Positions 48,059-58,119 of a DNA stretch of 64,000 bases are shown here, piece after piece. The stretch is taken from NCBI GenBank assembly GCA_963797095.1, contig CAWCNY010000006.1, forward strand, positions 64,001-128,000, in the 5' to 3' direction. This stretch comes from an uncultured Chloroflexia bacterium (lineage in GTDB: Bacteria; Chloroflexota; Chloroflexia; QHBQ01; JADMIH01). The position numbers and the translations under genes are program-made. The notes under the pieces were generated by a model. It had not been told where the DNA came from, made no database searches, and saw nothing but the letters and a program-made list of their open reading frames with translations. Position 1 is the stretch's first letter. Each line of letters begins with the position of its first letter.

Positions 48059-49158
48059 CCCACGATTTCCGTGACGGCTTTTAGGCGACGCTCCAAAATA
48101 GCCCTGTCACCGGCTCGCACTGTAACGTGCCCCAGCTTGCGTCCCGGCCTTGGGGCTTTGCCGTACAGGTGCAGATGCGCGCCCTCGATGGCCAATATCT
48201 GCTCTGTTTCGGGGAGGCTCCCGATCAGATTTACCATGACCGAGTAGCCGACCGCCGCCGTGGAGCCTAGCGGCAGACGTGCCACCGCGCGGAGGTGGTT
48301 CTCGAACTGGCTTGTCTCCGCCCCTTCTATGGTCCAGTGGCCCGAATTGTGCACGCGAGGGGCCATCTCATTCGCCAACAATTGCCCGCCAACCTCAAAT
48401 AGCTCAACGGCGAGCACGCCAACATAATCGAGCGCCTCAAATATGCGCGTGATGTAATCTTCGGCCTCGCGCTGCAACTTCTCGGTGATACCGGGCGCGG
48501 GGGCAATCGAAAGCCTGAGAATGCCCTCCCGGTGGTGGTTTTCTACGAGGGGATAGAACTTGCTGTTACCGTGACGGTCGCGCACGCCGATGATCGAAAG
48601 CTCTCGCTCGAAGGGAACAAAGCCTTCCAGAATGAGAGGTTGCCCTCCGAGCTCCTCCCATGCTGACTCGGCATCCTCCTCGTTCCTGATTACCGACTGC
48701 CCTTTACCGTCGTACCCAAGCCTGCACGTTTTCAAGACGGCAGGCATCCCTATCCCTGTGAGCGCGCTTTCCAGGTCTTGCCTGCTGTTGACGGGGGCAA
48801 AAGGGGCTGTAGGCACGTACTTGTCGCGAAAGAAAGTCTTTTCGACCGCGCGGTCCTGTGAGGCGGAAAGGGCCTCCGGAGACGGGAACACCTCGACATA
48901 ACGTGCCAGTTGTTGGGCAGCCTCTATGGGCACGTTCTCGAACTCGTAGGTGACGGCCTCCATTCCCTCGGCAAAGCGTTGCAGCATGCCGAGATCGTCG
49001 TAGCCGCCAACGATATGTTCGGCTACTTGCCCGGCGGTGGCATCAACTGCGGGATCGAGGAAACGCAGGCTCATCCCTAGCGGATAACCGGCAAGCGCCA
49101 TCATCCGCCCCAGCTGCCCGCCCCCAAGCACGCCGATACTAATCATGGTAACTTGCAT
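48040..49158 (-). CDS. purK: N5-carboxyaminoimidazole ribonucleotide synthase
   Basis: 'LGGGQLGRMM', 'TYEFENVP', 'GYDGKGQ', 'NEMAPRVHNSGH', 'YGK..RPGRKLGH'. Confidence 0.97.
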   Translation of the reverse strand: MQVTMISIGVLGGGQLGRMMALAGYPLGMSLRFLDPAVDATAGQVAEHIVGGYDDLGMLQRFAEGMEAVTYEFENVPIEAAQQLARYVEVFPSPEALSASQDRAVEKTFFRDKYVPTAPFAPVNSRQDLESALTGIGMPAVLKTCRLGYDGKGQSVIRNEEDAESAWEELGGQPLILEGFVPFERELSIIGVRDRHGNSKFYPLVENHHREGILRLSIAPAPGITEKLQREAEDYITRIFEALDYVGVLAVELFEVGGQLLANEMAPRVHNSGHWTIEGAETSQFENHLRAVARLPLGSTAAVGYSVMVNLIGSLPETEQILAIEGAHLHLYGKAPRPGRKLGHVTVRAGDRAILERRLKAVTEIVGYSSNK

Positions 49159-49181
49159 CCCCCCTCGTCACTTATCACTCG

Positions 49182-49709
49182 TTATTCCCTGGGATCGGGG
49201 TGTTCCATCACGTTTTGAGTCTGTTCGGCGCGGAACTTGCGCAGCGCCTCGCGTATTGGGGGGTATTTGTTCGCCAGGATAGCGGCGGCCAGCAAGGAGG
49301 CGTTTACCGCGCCTGAGCGCCCTATCGCCAGAGTGCCCACAGGTATCCCGGCGGGCATCTGCGCAATCGAGAGGAGCGAATCCATCCCCTTCAGCGCCTT
49401 CGACTCTACAGGCACGCCGAGCACGGGCAGGTCTGTTTTGGCGGCACACATGCCGGGCAGGTGTGCCGCGCCGCCTGCACCCGCTATTATTACCTCCAGG
49501 CCACGCGCCTCCGCGCTGCTTGCATACTCGAACAGCAGGTCGGGCGTTCTGTGGGCCGACACTACCCGCACTTCGTAGGGCACGCCCAGTTTATCGAGGG
49601 TGTCTGTGGCGTGCTGCATCGTCTCCCAGTCGGATTTTGAACCCATTATGATGCCGACCAGAGGAACTCGTTTGTCGGCCATAGAATTCTCATTGCTTAC
49701 TTGTTCCAT
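49182..49709 (-). CDS. purE: N5-CAIR mutase
   Basis: '[10 protein letters not shown]', 'SAHRTP', '[11 protein letters not shown]', 'QMPAGIPV'. Confidence 0.97.
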   Translation of the reverse strand: MEQVSNENSMADKRVPLVGIIMGSKSDWETMQHATDTLDKLGVPYEVRVVSAHRTPDLLFEYASSAEARGLEVIIAGAGGAAHLPGMCAAKTDLPVLGVPVESKALKGMDSLLSIAQMPAGIPVGTLAIGRSGAVNASLLAAAILANKYPPIREALRKFRAEQTQNVMEHPDPRE

Positions 49710-49886
49710 GCACTACTCCGATCACGGGCCATTTTGAATAGAGCACATTATAGCACAGCCTATGCTGCCTAAATCCGTCTTCTCAGACCATAGACCGACA
49801 TCCTTTCTACGCTATTTGCCTGACGCAGCCTCACTGCCCCTTTGTTAGGATGAGTGGTATGCCATAACTTCAAAGGAGAGATCAGC

Positions 49887-50867
49887 ATGACCGTTAGCAC
49901 CCTTTTCAAAGACCGTACATACAACGATAGCGATGTGCAGGCTGTTTGCGACCTTCTGAATGCCTGCGATGCGGTTGATACGACGGACGATAACTACTCG
50001 GTCGAGAACCTTCGCACGGAATTTGACGACCCGGAGATCGACAAGGCCCGCGATTTGCGCCTCTGGGAAGACGAAGAGGGCAAATTGATCGGCTTCGGCG
50101 AGGTGCAGTTGAGGAAATCCGAGGAGGATGAGGTGATGGACGGCCGTCTCTATTTGCGCGTCCACCCCGATTTCCGCGAGCAGGGCCTTGAGGACACCAT
50201 CGTGGCGTGGGCATTCGAGCGAGCCAGGGAAGCGGGCCGCGAAGTCAACCTTCCGGCACGCGTCAAAGCGGGCGCTCGCGACAACGACACGTATGGCCGC
50301 GCTATCTGGGAGCGCCATGGCATGTCTGTGGTGCGCTACTTCTTCACGATGGTGCGCGACTTGAGCGAGCCGATTGCCGAGCCGCAGTTACCCACCGGTT
50401 TCACCCTGCGCCATTCGACCGCCAGCTCGGAAGATATTCAAAAGTGGGTCGATTGCTTCAACCTTTCGTTCATCGACCATTGGAATCATCACCCGCTCAC
50501 AGTGGAAAGCCAGATGCACTGGCTCAATAACAGCCCCGACTACGAGCCTGCGCGCGACCTGATCGCGGTGGCCGATGATGGCACGGTGGCGGCTTTCTGC
50601 TTCTGCTGGATTGACAAAGCGGACAACGAGCGCAACAACCGCCTAGTAGGCTGGATAGATATTCTCGGCACCCGTCGAGGCTACCGCAAGATGGGCCTGG
50701 GCAGGGCTATGCTTCTCGCGGGCCTGCGCCGCCTCAAGGGGGATGGCATGACCGTCGCCAGGCTGGGCGTGGACGCCGACAACCCAACGGGCGCTCTTCA
50801 ACTTTATGAGGCCACAGGCTTCACCAAGCTTTACACCAATGTTGCCTACCGCCTGACCCTCACTTGA
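49887..50867 (+). CDS. Tandem GNAT acetyltransferase (MshD-like architecture)
   Basis: 'VHPDFREQGL' and 'LGTRRGYRKMGLGRAML', 'LGVDADNPTGA..LYE..GF'; AAGGAG RBS. Confidence 0.9.
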   Translation: MTVSTLFKDRTYNDSDVQAVCDLLNACDAVDTTDDNYSVENLRTEFDDPEIDKARDLRLWEDEEGKLIGFGEVQLRKSEEDEVMDGRLYLRVHPDFREQGLEDTIVAWAFERAREAGREVNLPARVKAGARDNDTYGRAIWERHGMSVVRYFFTMVRDLSEPIAEPQLPTGFTLRHSTASSEDIQKWVDCFNLSFIDHWNHHPLTVESQMHWLNNSPDYEPARDLIAVADDGTVAAFCFCWIDKADNERNNRLVGWIDILGTRRGYRKMGLGRAMLLAGLRRLKGDGMTVARLGVDADNPTGALQLYEATGFTKLYTNVAYRLTLT

Positions 50868-51027
50868 GCGTAATACTAACGAGCGTAGAACAGGCTACCC
50901 CCGATTATCTTACTGGTAACCTGCGTGAGAATGGGGTGCTGCCTACCGGTCGCGGGCTGGAATAGGGATCAGGCGCACAGGCAACATTCGCCAACACTCT
51001 TTTGCCTGAAGGCCTTATACTATTAGC

Positions 51028-52293
51028 ATGTCTGCCGATCACACCCGTAATACGGTGGAGGTGGAGGTTGGAGTAGGTCTGCCTCCGCCTCTAGTCATCT
51101 CCGCTCACGCACATGCAGCCCTCCGCTTCCAGTTCGGCCTATCGTTCTTTGCTTTTATTTTGATAGGCGCTAACGACGCGGCGCTAGGGGTTCTCCTTCC
51201 GAGTGTGCAGGCGTTTTACGACATCGACAAATCCACGGTTGGTCTGATGTTCGTGGCCTCCGTTTCCGGCTATCTGATATCCGCCTTCGCCAGCGGCCTT
51301 CTCGTCGAAAAACTGGGGCGGCGCGCCTACATGCTCACAGGCTGTGCCTCTTTCATATTCGGCATCTCCATGCTTGCGTTTACTCTACCCTTCCCCGTAG
51401 CGGTCGCGGGTGGGGTCTTTACCGGATTCGGCATCGCGGTCATAGACGCGGGGCTTAACGCCTATATTGCCGGACTTCCCAACTCCACATCCACTCTCAA
51501 CTACCTGCATGCTTTTTTTGGGATCGGGGCTCTGCTGGGTCCTCTTGTGGCGAGGGGAGTGCTGAATCTTGGCTTGACCTGGAATGTGGTTTACTATCTC
51601 TGGATAGGTGTCTGCCTGATTCTCTTCTTCGGCTTCGCATTCGCATTCAATGCGCGCCGTTCCCCCGAACCTCCCGCCTACAAAATTGAGGGCGAAAACG
51701 TCGCTCGTGCGATCCTGAGCTTGCCAGTCGTATGGCTGGGAGCTTTCTTCCTCTTTTTCTACGTTGGCGTTGAAATGAGTCTCGGTACATGGGCCTACAG
51801 CTTCCTGACCGAGTTGCGCCTGGATCCTGCCGACTTCTCGGCTGTGGCGGTCAGCGGGTACTGGCTTGGCCTGACCGTCGGACGATTGGTGATGGGCACT
51901 CTGGGCGCTAAGCTGGGCAACATGCGCCTTATACGCCTGTGCCTGGGTGGCACTCTAGCCGGGCTTGCGCTTGTATGGTTCGTGCCGTTCGCTCCCGCCG
52001 AAGCGCTGGGCCTCTGGATCGTGGGTTTCAGCCTTGGGCCCATCTTCCCTACTACGATCTCGTTGATGTCGGGTGCTGTTCCGGCCCGCCTCCTTCCGGG
52101 CGTGGTGGGCTTTCTGACGGGCCTGGGTGCTGTGGGCGCAGCCACCTTCCCGGCAGGTGCGGGCGCGCTTGCCCAGTTTCTCGGCCTGTGGTCCCTGCTC
52201 CCCTTTGAGGTCGCATTGACTTTCCTGCTAATAGGCCTCTGGCTTCGCCTCCAACGTCCGGAGTTGAGGACGGGGGATGATGGTAGTCGGTAG
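51028..52293 (+). CDS. MFS transporter (FucP/TsgA-like)
   Basis: 'EKLGRR', 'IDAGLNAY', 'LHAFFGIGA..GP', 'FYVGVE', 'GPIFPT'. Confidence 0.9.
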   Translation: MSADHTRNTVEVEVGVGLPPPLVISAHAHAALRFQFGLSFFAFILIGANDAALGVLLPSVQAFYDIDKSTVGLMFVASVSGYLISAFASGLLVEKLGRRAYMLTGCASFIFGISMLAFTLPFPVAVAGGVFTGFGIAVIDAGLNAYIAGLPNSTSTLNYLHAFFGIGALLGPLVARGVLNLGLTWNVVYYLWIGVCLILFFGFAFAFNARRSPEPPAYKIEGENVARAILSLPVVWLGAFFLFFYVGVEMSLGTWAYSFLTELRLDPADFSAVAVSGYWLGLTVGRLVMGTLGAKLGNMRLIRLCLGGTLAGLALVWFVPFAPAEALGLWIVGFSLGPIFPTTISLMSGAVPARLLPGVVGFLTGLGAVGAATFPAGAGALAQFLGLWSLLPFEVALTFLLIGLWLRLQRPELRTGDDGSR

Positions 52294-52361
52294 TCGGTAG
52301 TCGGTAGTCGGTGGACGAGTGACGAGTGACGAGTGACGAGTGATGAGTGATGAGTGATGAG
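52282..52361. repeat. In-register heptamer array (GGTAGTC)x4-GGTGGAC-(GAGTGAC)x3-(GAGTGAT)x3
   Basis: Read directly; supplies the MFS stop codon. Confidence 0.95.
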
Positions 52362-52487
52362 GGGGATAGGCACGTTTTGTGTGCTGCATTTGCCCTCTGG
52401 GACGATTGTCTTTGCCGGAGTAGGACCTTTAGTGCCTTCCCTAACTGTTGCCATTATGCGTAAATATTATCAGGAGGAATAGCATAA

Positions 52488-53885
52488 GTGCTGGGTTCCA
52501 CTGCCAACGTGCCTGCTGCCATAATAAACGATCCATATGCCAAAGGTGCTATGTTTAATCTCTTGTTTGAACAGGCTCCTATGGGCATAGCGCTCATCTC
52601 GCTTGACGGGCGCATCCTCAATGCCAACCCTCAGTTGTGCCTTATGCTTGGTTATGCAGAAGCGGAGCTAGCTTCCCGCGCCATCCACGACGTTACTCAC
52701 CCCGCCGATGTACCCGACAATGACGAGCTTTACAGGCGTCTCGTTACGGGCGAACCGGCCAACTACACCCTGGAGAAACGCTATCTACGCAAAGATGGAG
52801 GTATGGCCTGGTGCCAGCAAGTTGTTACTCTGGTGCGCGACCCGGCAGGTGCCCCTCATCATTTCATCGCCATGCTAACAGACATCACAGCCCTACTCAA
52901 AGCCCGCCAGGAACTGTCACAAGCCCATGCCCGCTACCAGGCAATACTTGATAACGTGGCCTATTTCCTGTTCGTCACCGACGCCGCCGGAACTCTCACG
53001 TATGTCAACAGCTCCTGCACCACCCTGGTGGGCTGGTCTGCCGATGAACTTGCGGGTGACGACCTGTACGCGTACATATATCCCGACGACCGCTCGGTAA
53101 TTAAGCAGGCTTTTGACCAACTCCTGGTAAACACAGATGAGGGTATCAACATCAGGTGTAGAACCTTCCATAAGGACGGCCACTGGGTGTGGGTCGATAT
53201 CGATGCCCTTGCTATTCCAGCCGCAGACGGCACTTATTCCGAAATCGCTGGTGCGGTGCGCAGCGCGGGCAACCTGGAGGGCGAATATTCGATCCTCGGA
53301 GACGAAAACGATCAATCGTCCGGCCGCAAGCAAAACATACAGAACTTCGCCTCACTTACTCTCTCCGATCCACTCACGGGGCTGCGCAATCGCCAGGCCG
53401 CCGACGATATTCTCCTTTCCAGACTTAGCAGCGCTCGCGCTTCTGCCTTTCCTGTTGGCTGCCTGCTGGTGGACATTGACTGGTTCAAGCAGGTGAGTGA
53501 CAACTACGGTCCTGCCGTGGCCGATACGGTGCTGAAGCAGATCGCCACGCTACTTGCTCTCTCTTGCCGCCACGACGACTTCGTGGCGCATTATGGCGGC
53601 GACCAGTTCGTAATCGTGCTCCCCAACACCAACCCTGCTGGTACTATCATCTGCGGCGAGAAGCTGATTCGCAACATAAGAGGGGCTGATTGGTCCAACA
53701 CACCTCTTGAAGGGAAGGATCCGATCACTATCAGTATCGGCGCTACCTGCGTGCAGTACGGGTCGGGGCTTGCGGTGCCCGAATTGATGGGCATCCTTAC
53801 CTCGCAACTTCAACAGGCTAAGGAGGCAGGCCGCAATCGCCTGGTGATGAACACCCGCCAGATTACCGGTAATTTGCAGCGCTAG
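52488..53885 (+). CDS. PAS-PAS-GGDEF protein with a variant active site (HYGGDQF)
   Basis: Two PAS/PAC domains ('THPAD..EKRYLRKDG', 'YPDD..HKDG.W.W'); 'DPLTGL.NR', RHDD, GGDQF. Confidence 0.9.
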   Translation: MLGSTANVPAAIINDPYAKGAMFNLLFEQAPMGIALISLDGRILNANPQLCLMLGYAEAELASRAIHDVTHPADVPDNDELYRRLVTGEPANYTLEKRYLRKDGGMAWCQQVVTLVRDPAGAPHHFIAMLTDITALLKARQELSQAHARYQAILDNVAYFLFVTDAAGTLTYVNSSCTTLVGWSADELAGDDLYAYIYPDDRSVIKQAFDQLLVNTDEGINIRCRTFHKDGHWVWVDIDALAIPAADGTYSEIAGAVRSAGNLEGEYSILGDENDQSSGRKQNIQNFASLTLSDPLTGLRNRQAADDILLSRLSSARASAFPVGCLLVDIDWFKQVSDNYGPAVADTVLKQIATLLALSCRHDDFVAHYGGDQFVIVLPNTNPAGTIICGEKLIRNIRGADWSNTPLEGKDPITISIGATCVQYGSGLAVPELMGILTSQLQQAKEAGRNRLVMNTRQITGNLQR

Positions 53886-54074
53886 ACCTCGCGCCGCGCA
53901 TATTTTTGCATCTATCGCTGCGATCTTGCCATCGCCGGCCATGAACACGCGATGGCGTTTAGAATGCCCCTTTCCAATATCAATGATTGATGGTATACAT
54001 ATGCTGTTGTCGTATCCGGTACGGCGACTTATCGCGAGGGATTGATTGGTAGGAAAGGGAAAGTTGGAGGAGAG

Positions 54075-54380
54075 GTGGAGATAGACGAAGAAGAAGAGAA
54101 GGCCTACCGGGTATTCATCGATGATAACTTCCACTATATGGACGAGGAATACCGCACCTTCTACGGAAAATTCGATACCTGCGAAGAGGCTACCCGAGTA
54201 TGTATGTACTTCGTGAATGAGTCTCTGCGCGACTTATATCAGCCGGGGATGACCGCCGAAGCACTCTTTCAGAGATACCGAGACTTCGGTGAAGACCCAT
54301 TCATCCGCAGTTCCGACCAACCGTGCAGATTCTCCGCCTGGACCTACGCAAAGGAACGCTGCGCTGAAATCTGCGGATAA
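54075..54380 (+). CDS. Hypothetical protein
   Basis: GGAGG RBS; protein-like 'YRVFIDDNFHYMDE..R...G.F...FGEDPFI...FSAW.YA'. Confidence 0.7.
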   Translation: MEIDEEEEKAYRVFIDDNFHYMDEEYRTFYGKFDTCEEATRVCMYFVNESLRDLYQPGMTAEALFQRYRDFGEDPFIRSSDQPCRFSAWTYAKERCAEICG

Positions 54381-54444
54381 ACGAACGGCGGACGATGGAC
54401 GATGGACCGCCGTTCGTTAGGCTTTATTGAATGTTCAGGCCCTA

Positions 54445-55368
54445 CTAGGCGGTCCTCTGCTTTAATCGCCCTAGCATCCAGGCTCGGAACTCGGTTGCTT
54501 TCCCTGCGGTGAAGGTGATCCCCAGAAGCACCAGCAATAGACCTCCCACCGCCGCCCAGGTGATCGTCTCGTTCAGGAGAAGCGCACCCCACATGAGGGC
54601 GAAACCGGGTAGCAAGTAGGTCACCAGGAGTGTACCGGTCACCCCCACATTGCTCAACAGCCAGAAATAGAGGAGAGTGGCGATGGCGGTGCCGAGTATC
54701 GAAAGCGTTACTACCGATCCGATTGCCTGCCATGAGGGCACCTGCGCCGGTATCTGGAACAGCGCGAAGGGCAGCAGCACCAGTGTACCCGCGATCAACT
54801 GACCAGTTGCCCCTACATGTGGCGGCAATCCCTTTAGTCTCTTGCGCCCATAGATCCCCGAAACAGCGTAGCTGAGGGCCGCCAGCAAAACGGCCCCTTG
54901 CCCCAGCAGGTACATTGTTGTGTCCACATCCCCTTTGTGCGCCAGGTTGCCGCTCACTACCAGCACCACGCCTGCCATCCCTATGAACAGCCCTATCAGC
55001 CGCCCCGGCGATAGCCTTTCTGCCCATATCCATACAAACCCTAGCGCGCCACCCCATAGAGGCGTGCAAGCATTGTAAATTGAGGCCAATCCACTGCTGA
55101 TATATGTCTCGCCCCATGTGATCAGTACATATGGGACCGCGCAGTTGATCAATCCCATCACCAGCATCGTCGGCCAATGGTCGCGCATCAGCCCGAACGT
55201 CCCAGCTCGCGATATGCTTACCACCACCAGCGTCAACGCGGCCAGCGCCAGCCTCATCTCTACAAGGAAGAAGGGCTGCATTTCCTCCCCGCCCACCTTG
55301 ATGAACATAAAAGAAGCGCCCCAAATCGCCCCCAGCAAGAGCAGCATCCCAAATCCTTTGGTCGTCAT
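54445..55368 (-). CDS. DMT/EamA family transporter
   Basis: 'LLGAIWGASFMFIK', 'SSGLASI.NA', 'LVTYL.P..A..WG..LL.E'. Confidence 0.93.
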   Translation of the reverse strand: MTTKGFGMLLLLGAIWGASFMFIKVGGEEMQPFFLVEMRLALAALTLVVVSISRAGTFGLMRDHWPTMLVMGLINCAVPYVLITWGETYISSGLASIYNACTPLWGGALGFVWIWAERLSPGRLIGLFIGMAGVVLVVSGNLAHKGDVDTTMYLLGQGAVLLAALSYAVSGIYGRKRLKGLPPHVGATGQLIAGTLVLLPFALFQIPAQVPSWQAIGSVVTLSILGTAIATLLYFWLLSNVGVTGTLLVTYLLPGFALMWGALLLNETITWAAVGGLLLVLLGITFTAGKATEFRAWMLGRLKQRTA

Positions 55369-55692
55369 CTCACCTTCCTCCCCTTCCCGTTCCAGGATCT
55401 ATTTTGCTTTCTTCTCTAATTTACACCCGTTTCTTGTATGTCGCTATCCCGTTCTTGTCATTCTAAATCGCTTTGCATCACATGTCGAAATAGTGCTCAA
55501 TCTACCTCCTGTATGGGACTTCTTGCCCTCCCCTACTAGGACTTCTTACTTCTTTTATTATGAAACCAGGCGCGGGTATAATGCTCATAGGGAACCGTGC
55601 GCCGGCGCATGGGTCTTGTTTTGATTAGCGCAAAGGCATGGCCGGCGTAATCACGGCGCTATCCAAGCAACCACCCACAAATAGGATCAACT

Positions 55693-57684
55693 GTGTGCGC
55701 TAATAATATCCAAAGATTGAACCCGCTCCAGCCTCTTCCTCAGGAAGAGGAGTGGGACGGGCAACCACAAACACAACCCGCATACCCCACCAATCGTGCA
55801 GCCTACCCTTCTGAGGACGGGCTGGACCCAATGCTGAGAATGACCCAGGATAGATCACAACCTCCCAACAGGCTCGAAGGCGGCGGCATCTTCGCTATCC
55901 CCAACGGCCCCCGACCCGAGGAAATACCGGGTTTTCCTTTTCCTGACCCCTCTGAGCACGCCGAAACCTCACCCTACGCAAACAAATCGAACGGTGGCTC
56001 TATGCCTTCTGCAAGCCCGACCTCTCAGGCCCCCAGCATGCCGGGCACGACAGGCCCGACCGCCGGGCAACCAGGGCAGGCGGCGCGCCCCGGTATCCAC
56101 CCCCTGAGCGGATTACCCCGCCAGGCATTGCCAAACCTGCCCACCCAATCCGCCCAGGCTGCTCCCCCTGTGCAGACGCCCAAACCCACTCAACCCACTC
56201 AACCCACTCAACCTACTCAACCTACTCAGGCCCCTTCGCACTCCCCGCTTCCCTCTCAGCCTGCCCAGGCCCCCTTCGGCCAATCCGGACCCACGCAATC
56301 GGGACGTGTCACCGGCGGTTTCGGCGGCCAGGCTACGCCCAACCGCAATGGCTATGGTTCGCCCAACGGCGCCGATGGCTGGCAAAACACCTATCTCGAC
56401 TCGCTCGAAACCCTCTTCCCTGAGCCGCGCTCGCTTGCCGAGACGGGGATCAACCAGGGATTGATCGCCGACCTGGTGATCAAAAGCATGTACTTCACTT
56501 CGTATATGAGCGGGCAGGATATCTCCTCGATCCTTCGCTTACCCTACTACGGTGTGCTTGACCAGGTGATTACGCTCATGAAAAAGGAGCAACTTTGCGA
56601 GGTGAGCGGCACATCGGGCCTCGGTGAAGCGGGCTACCAGTACGTGCTCACGATCAAAGGCATGGAGCGCGCCCACCAGGTCCTTGAGCGCTCCAGCTAC
56701 GTCGGCGCATGCCCCGTCCCCCTTGCCCGCTACATTGAGACCATCAAGCTCCTCACCTCTAACAAGCCCACCGTCTATCGTGATAACGTGGAAAACGCCC
56801 TTCGCGGTATGATCATCAGCGAAGACCTCACCAACGCGGTGGGGGCTGCCGTCAACGCGGGCAAATCGCTTTTCCTCTTCGGCGCACCCGGCAACGGCAA
56901 GACGCTTCTCGCGGAGCGCATCGCCACCATGCTCGGCGGTGCTATCGCCGTCCCTTACGCCATCGAGGCCGACGGCCAGATCATCCAGATGTTCGACCTC
57001 AACAGCCATCGTCCTGCTGTTCCGGCTGGCATGAGCGACCTGGACCCCACCAAAGCCGAGCTTACCGACAGGCGCTGGGTGCGCGTCCACCGTCCGGTGG
57101 TGGTGGTTGGCGGCGAGCTAACCATGCCCTCCCTCGACCTTGTTTTCAACGAGAACGCGGGCTTCTATGAAGCGCCCTTCCAGCTTAAGGCTAACGGCGG
57201 CCTTTTCCTCATTGACGACTTTGGACGCCAGCAGGTAAGTCCCCAGGCCCTTCTCAACCGCTGGATCGTCCCCCTTGAAAAAGGGATCGACTTCCTGACC
57301 CTCAAGACCGGCAAGAAGCTACAGGTGCCATTCGAGCTTTTCCTGGTCCTCTCCACCAACCTTAGCCCTGAGGACCTCATCGACGATGCGTTCCTTCGTC
57401 GTATTCAGAACAAGCTGAGCGTGCCCGATCCCACGCCTCAGCAGTTTCTCGATATCTTCGTCGGGCAGTGCAAGATGGTGAACATACCATTCGACCAGAG
57501 CGCCTTCAACTACCTGGTCAAGAAACAGTATATAGAGATAAAGCGCCCCTTCCGCGCCTCTCACCCACGCGACCTTCTGCGCCAGTTGATCGGCATCGCC
57601 CGCTACCGGAATATCCAGCCTGAAATGACCCCCCAACTGCTCGATGCCGCGTGTGCCACTTATTTCGTCAATACGAAGAGGTAG
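55693..57684 (+). CDS. AAA+ ATPase (family often linked to Flp/Tad loci) with a long Pro/Gln-rich N-terminus
   Basis: Walker A 'GAPGNGKT', 'GGEL', 'APFQLKANGG.FLIDDFGRQ', 'LLNRWI', 'DAFLRR'; start uncertain. Confidence 0.85.
   Translation: MCANNIQRLNPLQPLPQEEEWDGQPQTQPAYPTNRAAYPSEDGLDPMLRMTQDRSQPPNRLEGGGIFAIPNGPRPEEIPGFPFPDPSEHAETSPYANKSNGGSMPSASPTSQAPSMPGTTGPTAGQPGQAARPGIHPLSGLPRQALPNLPTQSAQAAPPVQTPKPTQPTQPTQPTQPTQAPSHSPLPSQPAQAPFGQSGPTQSGRVTGGFGGQATPNRNGYGSPNGADGWQNTYLDSLETLFPEPRSLAETGINQGLIADLVIKSMYFTSYMSGQDISSILRLPYYGVLDQVITLMKKEQLCEVSGTSGLGEAGYQYVLTIKGMERAHQVLERSSYVGACPVPLARYIETIKLLTSNKPTVYRDNVENALRGMIISEDLTNAVGAAVNAGKSLFLFGAPGNGKTLLAERIATMLGGAIAVPYAIEADGQIIQMFDLNSHRPAVPAGMSDLDPTKAELTDRRWVRVHRPVVVVGGELTMPSLDLVFNENAGFYEAPFQLKANGGLFLIDDFGRQQVSPQALLNRWIVPLEKGIDFLTLKTGKKLQVPFELFLVLSTNLSPEDLIDDAFLRRIQNKLSVPDPTPQQFLDIFVGQCKMVNIPFDQSAFNYLVKKQYIEIKRPFRASHPRDLLRQLIGIARYRNIQPEMTPQLLDAACATYFVNTKR
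56185..56229 (+). repeat. Coding 9-bp repeat, (PTQ)x5
   Basis: CCCACTCAA x3, CCTACTCAA, CCTACTCAG. Confidence 0.9.
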
Positions 57685-57751
57685 GTTGTTGGTAGTTGGT
57701 AGCCGGTAGCCGATAGTCAGAACCAGGTAAGATCGTCGCACGGAGAATGTC

Positions 57752-58108
57752 ATGCTGAATAGGGTAGATGAAAAAGGAAAAGTATTCACCGCGCGGGTGC
57801 GCAAGATGGAGGTTGAGGTACAAATCTCCACGGTGCAGGGGCAGGTACACGGCTATGTGCATCTTCAGCCCGGCCAGCGTATCAAGGACCTTCTGAACAA
57901 TACCTCCGAACAATTCCTTGCTATTACCCAGGCTACCGTTCAGCCCAAAACTGAGGTCAAATCGGGCACAAAGGCTGCTGCCGCTCAACCCCCGGCCAGC
58001 GAAGTTGAGTTCCTGGCTCTAAACAAGCAGTACATAATCTCTGTGGTGCCGATTGACGAAGACAAAATCGAGCGGCGACGTGACGAGGAGTATTACATAC
58101 CGCGCTGA
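57752..58108 (+). CDS. Small conserved hypothetical protein (DUF6812-like)
   Basis: 'V.I.T..G...G..H....R..D.LN....FL....A', 'FLALNK..I..V.P'; GGAG RBS. Confidence 0.7.
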   Translation: MLNRVDEKGKVFTARVRKMEVEVQISTVQGQVHGYVHLQPGQRIKDLLNNTSEQFLAITQATVQPKTEVKSGTKAAAAQPPASEVEFLALNKQYIISVVPIDEDKIERRRDEEYYIPR

Positions 58109-58119
58109 GGTTTCCAGCT

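Noticed and set aside
54344-55324. Long alternative-frame ORFs (e.g. 326 aa over the DMT gene; also 10802..11623 and 8219..8953)
   Set aside because: Shadow ORFs of GC-rich genes with no recognisable motifs or RBS
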